Below are positions 17,598 to 25,900 of a stretch of 25,900 nt of DNA, one piece after another. The DNA is taken from IMG/VR virus record IMGVR_UViG_3300020045_010576, positions 1-25,900 of that record; one strand, written 5' to 3'. Source of the DNA: a virus. Lineage: Duplodnaviria > Caudoviricetes. The notes beneath the pieces were generated by a model. It was not told the DNA's origin, did no database searches, and saw nothing but the letters and a program-made list of their open reading frames with translations. Positions within the stretch are counted from its first letter, which is position 1; each line of letters opens with the position of its first letter. The translations under genes and the position numbers were made by a program.

Positions 17598-17909
17598 ATG
17601 AAAGAAATTTGGAAAATAGGAAAAGATGACTCAGTTGTGGTTTCCAATATAAAAGTAAGAAATGACAATTCAGGTCATAACGAAGTTGATTATTACGGAG
17701 GATATTTGGTTTGTGGATCAATCGCTACAAAAGAATATGCTGAATTAATTTCTTCTACTTTAAAAATGAAAGAAATGCTAAATTATTTCATCAACGGTGT
17801 TGAAGGCGGTATTGAAAAAGTAGAAGGTTCCGTTATATCAGGATACACTCAAACATTCGGAATAGCTATGTTGAAAGAGGCAAAACGTATAGTAGGACGC
17901 AATGACTAA
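17598..17909 (+). CDS. Hypothetical protein
   Basis: 103 aa; YYGGYLVCGSI...AELISS resembles a recurrent phage early-protein motif. Confidence 0.75.
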   Translation: MKEIWKIGKDDSVVVSNIKVRNDNSGHNEVDYYGGYLVCGSIATKEYAELISSTLKMKEMLNYFINGVEGGIEKVEGSVISGYTQTFGIAMLKEAKRIVGRND

Positions 17910-18702
17910 TGAACAATACCACTCCGACACGTCCAGTATTTCAAAATCTGGATTAGACAAAATCGAATCCAGTCCTTTAGATTATTGGTGGCATTATTTA
18001 CGTCCAGAACGTGAGCCAAAAGAACCGACTAAAGCGATGTTATTTGGAACTGCTGTACATTTGGCGGTTTTAGAACCAAACGAGTTTCAAAAAACTTACG
18101 TTCCGATGCCTTCAATTGATAAACGAACAACCATCGGTAAGGCTGAATATGCATCATTAACAGCGATGTGCGAGGCAAACAATCAAACACTTATTGATGT
18201 AGCTGATTTCGATACTGTAAGGCGTATTCGTGATGCAATTTTCAAGCATCCAACGGCAAAATTATTGTTTCAAAACGGACTTGCGGAACAGACTTTTAAA
18301 TTTCAAGAACCTAATACAGGTGCGAATTGTAAAATACGTCCTGATTGGTTAGATAACACCAGTGGTTTAGTTGTAGATTTGAAAACTACCGAGGACGCAA
18401 CTCCAAACGGTTTTGGAAAATCAGCATACGATTATAAATACTATAAGCAAGACCCGTTTTATCTTGACGGCTTGGAGGCTGTCGGAAATGACCGTTCTGG
18501 ATTTGTTTTCGTGAATATCGAAAAAACAGAACCGTTTAAAATCGGCATTCATTATTTAGATAATCGAAGCCGTCAATTAGGACGTGACGAATATTTAAGA
18601 AATTGCGAAACATACGTTAAATGTCTTGAGACTGGCATCTGGCAAGGTTATGATGAAAAAATAAGTGAAGTATCATTACCTACGTGGGCGTTTAATAAAT
18701 AG
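17902..18702 (+). CDS. RecE/ExoVIII-like PD-(D/E)XK exonuclease (DUF3799-like)
   Basis: ISKSGLD, FGTAVH, LEP, KIRPDW, VDLKT and Y..Q..FY motifs. Confidence 0.9.
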   Translation: MTNEQYHSDTSSISKSGLDKIESSPLDYWWHYLRPEREPKEPTKAMLFGTAVHLAVLEPNEFQKTYVPMPSIDKRTTIGKAEYASLTAMCEANNQTLIDVADFDTVRRIRDAIFKHPTAKLLFQNGLAEQTFKFQEPNTGANCKIRPDWLDNTSGLVVDLKTTEDATPNGFGKSAYDYKYYKQDPFYLDGLEAVGNDRSGFVFVNIEKTEPFKIGIHYLDNRSRQLGRDEYLRNCETYVKCLETGIWQGYDEKISEVSLPTWAFNK

Positions 18703-18706
18703 AGTT

Positions 18707-20107
18707 ATGAAATCAGGTGATAGTATTTCGAAAAATTTTGTTTTAGACAATCAAATATCAGATATGCAGGAATTAGCTATGGTTTTGACCAATCAGAAAT
18801 CAATATATTGGAGACATAGAATAACATCTACTGCCTTTATGATCGGATGGCCATTCAGAACGCTAATGTGTAGCGTGAACGCAGGTGTTTTTTGGACAAT
18901 TAAAAATAAATCAATCATGAATTTACCTCAAAACTTATCGAAAAAACAAACTGAATTTATAGAAGCCGGATTAAATGGCGATAATATATTTTTAACAGGA
19001 AAAGCAGGTACCGGAAAATCATTTGTCACCAAAGAGCTAATTAGGTTATTGACCAAACAGCGCAAAAACGTAGTTGCATTAGCTCCAACGGGAATCGCAG
19101 CAAATAACGTAGGAGGCGCAACTATTCATTCAACATTTTCATTACCTCCATTTGGCGTTCTTACTTTTAAAGAATGTAATTTTGTTAAGCCTACAAAGAG
19201 AAAACTTTTTGATGTTATTGACACTATTTTAATAGACGAAGTATCGATGTTGCGACCTGATATATTAGATGGGATACATTGGACTTTGATCAAAAATGGT
19301 TGTAAAGATTTAACGCAAATTCAAATTATATTTATTGGCGACATGGCGCAACTTGGAATTGTTGCCGATGACAATATGGTTTCAGTAATGCTTAAAGAAT
19401 ACGGAGGCACTACATTTGATTTTGCTAATATTTACAAAAAAATAAATGTAGTTAAAATAGAACTCGATGAAGTTTTAAGACAATCTGACAATGAATTTAT
19501 TGAAAATTTAAACATTGTCAGAAACGGCAAAAAATCGGAGTATTTCAGAAAATTTGTAAAGGATGAAGCGAACGGAATTGTTTTGGCTCCACACAATGCT
19601 ACAGTTGAAAGATATAATTTTCAAGGCCTAAATTCATTAGAAGGAGAAAAACACGTTTTTACAGCTGAAATTGAAGGTAATTTAAAGGCTACTGACTTTA
19701 ATCTTGACCCAGTTATAACCGTTAAGGACGGTTCAAAAATAATGTATTTAGCCAATAGCAAAAATAATCCTTTGGTTAACGGAACACTAGGAGTATTTAT
19801 AGTAAATAACGGACAATATTTTATTGAAGTAAAAGGCGAGCATTACGCTTTAGAACAAAAAAAGTTTTCTAAAAAAGACTATGTGTTTAACGAAGAATTA
19901 GGAATGCTGGAGTTAAAAGATTTAGGTTCGATAACTCAATACCCAATAAAATTAGCATACGCATTAACTATCCATAAATCACAAGGACTAACGTTTGAAG
20001 AGGTTACTGTTGATTTAACGTTGCCGTGCTTCGCCAAAGGTCAAATGTACGTAGCTTTAAGCCGTGTGACGAAACCAGATGGATTAACAATAATAACGAA
20101 AAAATAA
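18707..20107 (+). CDS. Pif1/RecD-like SF1B helicase (core from ATG 18917; in-frame 70 aa upstream ORF)
   Basis: GKAGTGKS, APTGIAA, TIHS, DEVSM, GDMAQL, TIHKSQG and YVALSR. Confidence 0.92.
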   Translation: MKSGDSISKNFVLDNQISDMQELAMVLTNQKSIYWRHRITSTAFMIGWPFRTLMCSVNAGVFWTIKNKSIMNLPQNLSKKQTEFIEAGLNGDNIFLTGKAGTGKSFVTKELIRLLTKQRKNVVALAPTGIAANNVGGATIHSTFSLPPFGVLTFKECNFVKPTKRKLFDVIDTILIDEVSMLRPDILDGIHWTLIKNGCKDLTQIQIIFIGDMAQLGIVADDNMVSVMLKEYGGTTFDFANIYKKINVVKIELDEVLRQSDNEFIENLNIVRNGKKSEYFRKFVKDEANGIVLAPHNATVERYNFQGLNSLEGEKHVFTAEIEGNLKATDFNLDPVITVKDGSKIMYLANSKNNPLVNGTLGVFIVNNGQYFIEVKGEHYALEQKKFSKKDYVFNEELGMLELKDLGSITQYPIKLAYALTIHKSQGLTFEEVTVDLTLPCFAKGQMYVALSRVTKPDGLTIITKK

Positions 20108-20141
20108 ATCAATTAATTCTGGCGAGAAACGCAAATAAATT

Positions 20142-20555
20142 ATGGAAGTATCAGGAAATTTAAAAATGGTCGGAGAAACTGTCGATGTTGGTAGTTCAGG
20201 ATTTCAAAAACGTGATTGTGTTGTCACAACTGACGAGCAGTACCCGCAACACATTTTAATCCAATTTGTACAGGATAAATGCAATCTATTGACAGGTTTT
20301 AACGTTGGTGACCCTGTTAAAATCGATATTAATTTAAGAGGTCGTGAATGGACCAATCCACAAGGAGAAACCGTTTATTTCAATACAATTCAAGGTTGGA
20401 GAATAGTTAAAGTACAGCCGAATTATCAGCATTCTGGACCTGCTCCAGCACCTCAACCATCGTACCCGCAAGCACCTGCTAATTCGCAACTTAATCAGTT
20501 GCCAAATCAACAGGCTGCGAATTTCGAAGAAGAAACGGACGATCTTCCATTTTAA
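20142..20555 (+). CDS. DUF3127-like single-stranded DNA-binding protein
   Basis: FQKRD.V...EQYPQ.I...LRGREW...FNTIQGW, a P/Q-rich linker and a DDLPF tip. Confidence 0.85.
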   Translation: MEVSGNLKMVGETVDVGSSGFQKRDCVVTTDEQYPQHILIQFVQDKCNLLTGFNVGDPVKIDINLRGREWTNPQGETVYFNTIQGWRIVKVQPNYQHSGPAPAPQPSYPQAPANSQLNQLPNQQAANFEEETDDLPF

Positions 20556-20596
20556 TCTAAAAAAACAAATAATCAATAATTTTAAAAACTTATCAA

Positions 20597-21322
20597 ATGA
20601 GTGAATTAGCAGTGTTAAACGAATCGCAAGGAGTTTCCGTATTCAACAGTATGGATTCTTTCCAGCAAGCACAAAGAATGGTCGTTCCATTAATGCAATC
20701 TACAATGGTTCCAGAAATTTACAGAGGCAGTGCAGCCAACTGTATGGTAGCAATGGAAATGTCACACCGTGTAAAAATATCGGTCTTGGAGGTTATGCAA
20801 AATATGCAAATCGTCAAAGGAAATGTGGGTTGGAAATCGGAATATGTAATAAACAAAGTGAATGCTTCTGGATTTTTTGAAGATGCTTTGGAATTTGTTT
20901 TTTCAGATGATAGGCAATCTTGTCATGCTATTGCTACAAGGAAATCGAATGGAAAACAATTAAGAGGAACTACAGTAACGATGGTAATGGCGAAAGCCGA
21001 AGGATGGCTGGACAAAAACGGATCGAAATGGAAAACTATGCCAGAACAGATGTTAATGTACCGTGCAGCAACATTTTTTTGTCGTGTGTTTTGCCCTGAA
21101 GTTCTTGCAGGTGTTCAAACCTCGGATGAAATTATTGATATTGGATATGTTGAGCCTTCAAATAATTCAGCTATCGAAAAACTGAATAACATCGTAAAAC
21201 CAGAAGAACCGATTGTTTATGAAAACTTTGAAACGGTTGAAGAAACTAAAATTGATTCAGAACCAACACAGATTGTTGACGAAGAAAAACCTCCTGTTGT
21301 CGATGAAGACGACGATTTTTAA
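20597..21322 (+). CDS. RecT-like single-strand annealing protein
   Basis: VMQNM.IVKG and WKTMPEQMLMYRAATFFCRVFCPEVLAG; context with exonuclease and SSB. Confidence 0.8.
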   Translation: MSELAVLNESQGVSVFNSMDSFQQAQRMVVPLMQSTMVPEIYRGSAANCMVAMEMSHRVKISVLEVMQNMQIVKGNVGWKSEYVINKVNASGFFEDALEFVFSDDRQSCHAIATRKSNGKQLRGTTVTMVMAKAEGWLDKNGSKWKTMPEQMLMYRAATFFCRVFCPEVLAGVQTSDEIIDIGYVEPSNNSAIEKLNNIVKPEEPIVYENFETVEETKIDSEPTQIVDEEKPPVVDEDDDF

Positions 21323-21371
21323 TTAAATTTCGTTTGTAACATAAAATATTAATCATAAAAAAAAATAAAAC

Positions 21372-21866
21372 ATGTCAAGAATAACAAAATTAATTGCTGA
21401 AAATGTGGCTGCAAAATTGACCGAAAAACAAGATTCAGAAATCAAAGAATTGAAGTCCGAATTATCGAATAAATTCACCGATATTTACTTAAAAACCATC
21501 CCTAAAGAAGTTTTGGATTTTCATAAAAAGTACCCAGAATTCATTGAAACACGTTCAAACATGCAGATTAGCGGTAATGGATTTCAGTATCAATCATTGA
21601 GTTTAAACAAGAGTTTTCCAGCAAAAAATCATATTTTTCTACCTAATGAAAAAGACGCAAAAACGTTGCTTTCATTAGTAAATGAAATAAGTGATAAAAA
21701 ATCAGAACACTCAAAATTAAAACAAGAAATCGAAGTTTTGCTTTTCGGATTAAGAACCTATACAAAGGTAAATTCAGAATTCCCAGAAGCAACTCCATTT
21801 TTGCCAAAAACTATCACATCGGCTTTGATGGTAAATATTTCGGATTTACGAGAAAAACTAAAATAA
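21372..21866 (+). CDS. Nmad5-like phage protein
   Basis: N-terminal RITK and C-terminal RTYTKVNSEFPEATPFLP match the family pattern. Confidence 0.6.
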   Translation: MSRITKLIAENVAAKLTEKQDSEIKELKSELSNKFTDIYLKTIPKEVLDFHKKYPEFIETRSNMQISGNGFQYQSLSLNKSFPAKNHIFLPNEKDAKTLLSLVNEISDKKSEHSKLKQEIEVLLFGLRTYTKVNSEFPEATPFLPKTITSALMVNISDLREKLK

Positions 21867-21872
21867 ATTACC

Positions 21873-21944
21873 TATATTTACATCCGATAGGTTTTGATAA
21901 ATTTTTTGGTTAGGTCATTAAACACGCTCTTGGGCGTGTTTTTT
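21873..21944 (+). ncRNA. Candidate small U-rich RNA
   Basis: TATATTTA promoter-like element, a ~35-nt U-rich single-stranded tract, then a terminator. Confidence 0.35.
21920..21944 (+). terminator. Intrinsic terminator
   Basis: AAACACGCTC-TTG-GGCGTGTTTTTT between convergent arms. Confidence 0.8.
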
Positions 21945-21977
21945 GCGTTTAGTATGTTCCATAAAAAACCGATAAAA

Positions 21978-22505
21978 TTAATTATCGGTTTCTGAAAATT
22001 TAAAATCATTCAGGCGGTTTAGCCAGCCTTTCAAAAATCGTTTCTGTTCGGGATTGTTTTTTGCAATATCATTGAAAAACTTTTTTCTGGCTTCAAAAAC
22101 CGCATCAAAAAATTTCTTTTGGTCAGCTAAATTTACAGCAGTTAAGGTTTGATTACCTGCAACTCCATCGGGTAAAAGTTTCAAGATTCTTTGAGGAATT
22201 ACAATTCCCCACTTGCCAGAAGTAAATACCCAGTCAACTAATAAATTAGCCACCGATTGATTTATAATCCTGTTTGCTTGCCACTTATTCCAGTAGACTT
22301 TTAAAACGGCAGAAAAATCGTGTTCGTCAAGTTTACGAATATCTTGTACGTCAATATCCCCATCACCATCTTTATCGTAACCTATTTGTCGCCACGTTCC
22401 TATGGTAATTCCCATATTGGTAACACCTCCTTTATCTGCAGGATCATTCACAAATCCCGCTTCCCATTTCGCTACGATTGGCGATAATTTTTCTATTTTG
22501 GCCAT
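21978..22505 (-). CDS. Endolysin, glycoside hydrolase family 108 with peptidoglycan-binding domain
   Basis: WEAGFVNDPADKGGVTNMGIT, DGVAGNQT and RFLKGWLNRL. Confidence 0.92.
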   Translation of the reverse strand: MAKIEKLSPIVAKWEAGFVNDPADKGGVTNMGITIGTWRQIGYDKDGDGDIDVQDIRKLDEHDFSAVLKVYWNKWQANRIINQSVANLLVDWVFTSGKWGIVIPQRILKLLPDGVAGNQTLTAVNLADQKKFFDAVFEARKKFFNDIAKNNPEQKRFLKGWLNRLNDFKFSETDN

Positions 22506-22990
22506 TAGTAATAGTTTTTAAGTACTTTCAAATGAATTTTTAAGTTGTTTACTACTGCAGAAGATTCTTTAATTGCGAATTGAAACTGCGTTGTTGACAC
22601 TCTTTTAAAGCATAGTCCCATATAGTCGTTTGACGTATTTAGGGTTCCTAGTGCTTCCACGGTAAATTCAACTCGATAATCTGTATCAGGCATAGCGTTT
22701 GCCATTGTCACTAAAACGAATGTTTCATCATTCATTGTTCCCGACGTAAATGTAACGGCTGATGTAAATCCTACGGTAGTTAGTGAAATTCCCCCGCCTG
22801 CTGATATGTCTAAACCCGTCACATATCCTTTATTTATCGGAATTAATTGGTCATACAAATACCTTGTCCTATCACCTAACTGAATGGCTTGCTGGTTGGA
22901 TATTCCACCTGAACCACCTTCAACTGGATCGGTTGTTTCAAGTTGGTAAATCCCGTTTACCCATTGTGATGTTTCTGTTACGTTCGCCAT
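22505..22990 (-). CDS. Short tail fibre / fibre-proximal protein
   Basis: W..GIYQLETTDPVEGG..GISN.QA.QL..RT.YL is a myophage fibre N-terminal motif. Confidence 0.75.
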   Translation of the reverse strand: MANVTETSQWVNGIYQLETTDPVEGGSGGISNQQAIQLGDRTRYLYDQLIPINKGYVTGLDISAGGGISLTTVGFTSAVTFTSGTMNDETFVLVTMANAMPDTDYRVEFTVEALGTLNTSNDYMGLCFKRVSTTQFQFAIKESSAVVNNLKIHLKVLKNYY

Positions 22991-22994
22991 AATT

Positions 22995-23429
22995 TTAGAA
23001 TGAAATTGTCCAACTTCCGTTTAAAATGATATCTGAATTCTTATCAATCAAAGCACGTGTTTTTCGAGCAAAAAGAGTATTATCGGCACACAAGATACCG
23101 ACTTCACGAATTCCTAAACCGTTTCCTTCTAAAGTTCCTAAAGTCCAATCAAATTTAACGCTTGAAATTGTAGGGTACGAAACTGCTCCGAGTGCCTTTG
23201 TGAATGCTCCAGTAATTGCCGTATCCGTTCCAACCGGAGCTGTTCCGTTTGTTCCGAATGCTATTTGAGTCAATTGCTTTCCAGAAGTTCCTGCTCCTAA
23301 CAATACAGTAACAGCAGTACGCCCACCGTTCACAACTAAATTATTATCGGTGTAAACCTCTAAAATTTCGCCTGTTTTAGCACAAATTTTTTCAAGGTAA
23401 AAAATACCTTTTATCTGTAATTTTTCCAT
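22995..23429 (-). CDS. Baseplate / tail-collar protein
   Basis: NLVVNGG, IAFGT, IREVGI and LFAR motifs; position after tail I. Confidence 0.7.
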   Translation of the reverse strand: MEKLQIKGIFYLEKICAKTGEILEVYTDNNLVVNGGRTAVTVLLGAGTSGKQLTQIAFGTNGTAPVGTDTAITGAFTKALGAVSYPTISSVKFDWTLGTLEGNGLGIREVGILCADNTLFARKTRALIDKNSDIILNGSWTISF

Positions 23430-23433
23430 AGGA

Positions 23434-24105
23434 TTATACTATATTAATTATTAACGAATCGTTAGATTCAAGATATTTTTGCGTGCCGTCATAATTATAA
23501 ACACCGTCATAATAAAACCGTTTATAACCCAAATCTTCCAACAATGGAGGCGATTCATAAATTATGTTCAACTCATCAAATAATTGGTCAATGGTGTCAA
23601 AGATACCAATTGTATACGAAATTCCTTCAAGGTACGAACGAACATTTTTATATTCACGAATTAGTTTTGCTAAATTCGATTGTGAAACCCCGTCCAAACC
23701 TACTGTGTCGCCTAATTGAGAATCAATAGAGAATCTTGCCCAGTCAATTGCAGGATTACCCATATCAATTCCTTCGTTCAAAATAGCGTCCGTATAACCG
23801 CAAATCCGCATTGCTTCACGAATAGCGTAAACAGTACCCATGTATCTTTTTAATTCGATAGCCCGTTTGATAATTTCCCTACGCTGCGCATCGTTTGTTG
23901 CTACACCATAACCAACAAATCCTTCGACGTCAAATTGACGTGCTAATGTAGGTAATGCCGAAGCCGAAACGCTATCGACAACGTAAACTAAAAGAGCTTC
24001 CAATTCAATAGAATTCATACGTGCTGCCACCATAGCATCGAACGCAGCCAAGTGCGGAACGCCTGCAATTGAATCGGCTAAAATATTTTCGTTAGTCTGT
24101 GACAT
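23434..24105 (-). CDS. P2 gpI-like phage tail/baseplate protein
   Basis: LPTLARQFDV, REIIKRAIELKRYMGT..AI and YKNVRSYL. Confidence 0.85.
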   Translation of the reverse strand: MSQTNENILADSIAGVPHLAAFDAMVAARMNSIELEALLVYVVDSVSASALPTLARQFDVEGFVGYGVATNDAQRREIIKRAIELKRYMGTVYAIREAMRICGYTDAILNEGIDMGNPAIDWARFSIDSQLGDTVGLDGVSQSNLAKLIREYKNVRSYLEGISYTIGIFDTIDQLFDELNIIYESPPLLEDLGYKRFYYDGVYNYDGTQKYLESNDSLIINIV

Positions 24106-24109
24106 AAAA

Positions 24110-25216
24110 TTACCCTACATTAGTACCTGTAACGGTTACGTTAATACTTGTAATGTTTGCAAATTGCGTTTCAGTTATCACCAAATCACTTGCGGGCACG
24201 GTAACGTTTGCTTTATAAACTCCGTCAATCATACATAACGCCTTAATTTGGTCAATTACAATATCTTGCCCTAACAATTTCCTTCTTCCATCACGAAACG
24301 CCTCTAAATTCGCCTGTACTATTGGCAAAATATCACCTTGAACGGCTCCATCGTATAAGATCAATCCAACAGTAATTGCCGTATTTACAGCCGTTGGCGA
24401 AGTTACTAAAACAGTATCGGTTAACGGTCTTATTCTGTCAGCATTCAGAACGGCTTCTACAGCATCCAATATTTCAATTGGTGTAGTCGCTAAATTTGCC
24501 ATCAATGGGAAAATTTCAACAGTTCCAGGGATCGGATTTGTCACGGCCACATCAATAATTAATGGAGAAGTTGATTTAGTCCAAAATTCATAAGCCTTGT
24601 AACTTCCTGCATTCGAAAACGCACTTGGAGCTAATTTTATACGATCCCGTAACTGTTCGTCAATTTCTTCGTCAGAACCTCCAACGGTTACGCTGGTATT
24701 CGATGCCGTGGCTAAATATGGTTGAGGGTCTAAAATTACCGAAACTGTACCGATAGCGTAATCATTCGATAATTTACCAGCCGTTTGCGCTATAAACGTA
24801 GCCGATACGGTATCAATTCCAGTCAATACTGAAGTATCTTCTACAAGTTCAAAAACCGCACGTCCATCAGTAGAACTTACACGTAAGCCAGCAGGAATCA
24901 CCACGTCTCCGTGACCGGAAACAAGCGTCAACAACAATGTCGTTTCAGCAAGTTCAGCGGGCAAACGAGTTACGCCAACCAAAATACCTAAATGGTCTAA
25001 CATCGGAAATCTCGCATACTCAACAAGATTCTGCAAACTTGCGTCCTGTATCTGATTTCGAAGTAATAATTCACGATACGCAAAACCGTTAATTAGAAGC
25101 GTTTCGACTTGTGCAGGCTCTAAAGTCCTACCCGTGCGTGCTTCATAATCCGCAATCATTTCATTAATGATTGTCGTTGCGTCTCGGTATATAAAATTTG
25201 GAATTGGTAATGCCAT
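24110..25216 (-). CDS. Baseplate J-like protein
   Basis: LDHLG...GVTR, GGSDEE.DE.LR.R, AGS..AY.F, PGTV and RPLTD.V. Confidence 0.93.
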   Translation of the reverse strand: MALPIPNFIYRDATTIINEMIADYEARTGRTLEPAQVETLLINGFAYRELLLRNQIQDASLQNLVEYARFPMLDHLGILVGVTRLPAELAETTLLLTLVSGHGDVVIPAGLRVSSTDGRAVFELVEDTSVLTGIDTVSATFIAQTAGKLSNDYAIGTVSVILDPQPYLATASNTSVTVGGSDEEIDEQLRDRIKLAPSAFSNAGSYKAYEFWTKSTSPLIIDVAVTNPIPGTVEIFPLMANLATTPIEILDAVEAVLNADRIRPLTDTVLVTSPTAVNTAITVGLILYDGAVQGDILPIVQANLEAFRDGRRKLLGQDIVIDQIKALCMIDGVYKANVTVPASDLVITETQFANITSINVTVTGTNVG

Positions 25217-25217
25217 T

Positions 25218-25373
25218 TTATTTCTTAATTTTAAAAATATTACTCAAATACTCAAAAAACCCGTCCACTATTGCTGTCAAAAACATATCTATGTTTAGTT
25301 TGTAAATAATGAAATCACCTATCTTTTCAGAAGTGATGGCGATTAACGCTATCACAATTTGTAATGTTTTCAT
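25218..25373 (-). CDS. 51 aa hydrophobic protein
   Basis: MKTLQIVIALIAITSEKIGDF...IFKIKK; ATGA overlap with the upstream holin-like gene. Confidence 0.6.
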   Translation of the reverse strand: MKTLQIVIALIAITSEKIGDFIIYKLNIDMFLTAIVDGFFEYLSNIFKIKK

Positions 25374-25660
25374 TTTTTCAATTTATTATAAAAATAATTA
25401 ATTATAACCTCGACAAATTTTAACCCAGAATACCCAACCAAAAAGCAAACACCATACTGGAATTCTTGGCTTAAAAAAAGAAGTTTCAAAACTAGCGGCG
25501 TTAAGTAATTCGCAGAAAGTCCACCGCCCAGCACTTTTAGAAATTGTTGAAAATAAGTCATTTTATTCGGTTTTGTTAAAAAAGTAACCGCTCCAGCCGA
25601 TCCGCCTATAAAAAGAGGAACTTCAATGCCGATACTTTTTAAAACTTCTAATATTGTCAT
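25370..25660 (-). CDS. Putative holin (3 TM)
   Basis: Three hydrophobic segments (FIGGSAGAV, LSANYLTPLV, FLVGYSG) and a basic tail. ATG 25660 is preferred because the track's TTG lies inside a TATATTTG promoter (25676-25683). Confidence 0.7.
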   Translation of the reverse strand: MTILEVLKSIGIEVPLFIGGSAGAVTFLTKPNKMTYFQQFLKVLGGGLSANYLTPLVLKLLFLSQEFQYGVCFLVGYSGLKFVEVIINYFYNKLKK

Positions 25661-25685
25661 AGTGATTTTTTCTTTCAAATATAAT

Positions 25686-25726
25686 AAAAAATTCCCTCTC
25701 GATTTTAAGAGGGAATTAGTTTTTTT
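25686..25726. terminator. Intrinsic terminator
   Basis: AATTCCCTCT...AGAGGGAATT stem with flanking A- and T-runs. Confidence 0.8.
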
Positions 25727-25900
25727 ACTCGCTCGGTTTAGTAAAAAAGTTTTTAGCCAAATAAGCTATTGCTCCACTGATAAGAGTTCTTGTTTCAGGC
25801 GAAACATTAAGCAAAGGCACGAACTCGATTTGTAGCCAGTTCAGTAAAAATGTGATAAGTGCTATCAATAACATTTTACCTAGGTCTAGCCAGTTAAGGC
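25725..25900 (-). CDS. Second holin-like membrane protein, 3' part
   Basis: LNWLDLGKMLLIALITFLLNWLQ...ISGAIAYLAKNFFTKPSE*; two TM segments; start lies outside the window. Confidence 0.6.
   Translation of the reverse strand, partial: LNWLDLGKMLLIALITFLLNWLQIEFVPLLNVSPETRTLISGAIAYLAKNFFTKPSE

Overview
AT-rich tailed-phage (or prophage) DNA, most likely from a Bacteroidota/Flavobacteriaceae-infecting phage with a contractile tail. This rests on repeated TAnnTTTG promoters, A-rich translation starts without Shine-Dalgarno sequences, a DUF3127-like SSB and P2 gpJ/gpI-like baseplate genes. From ~6.3 kb to the end it reads as one coherent genome. A leftward replication arm carries a small HTH regulator, SF2 helicase, HNH-like protein, VRR-NUC nuclease, Dam-type methylase, primase-helicase, a large coiled-coil protein and small membrane proteins. 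A divergent rightward recombination arm carries a RecE-like exonuclease, Pif1-like helicase, SSB, RecT-like annealase and Nmad5-like protein. A leftward late block carries two holin-like genes, baseplate J, tail I, a short fibre and a GH108 endolysin. The first ~6.25 kb is unusual: 1214-3603 is a diverged inverted copy of 6824-9280, and the mirror symmetry continues through a terminator and a paralogous gene. The block is bounded by two apparently 5'-truncated genes (~642 and ~6257), so it is either a natural inverted module from a related phage or an assembly/library chimera. Other signals are a candidate antisense sRNA, direct-repeat-flanked insertions, a 37-bp repeated promoter, an ori-like AT-rich region and many SSB-like acidic C-terminal tips. 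All family assignments are from motif recognition by eye; no database searches were run.
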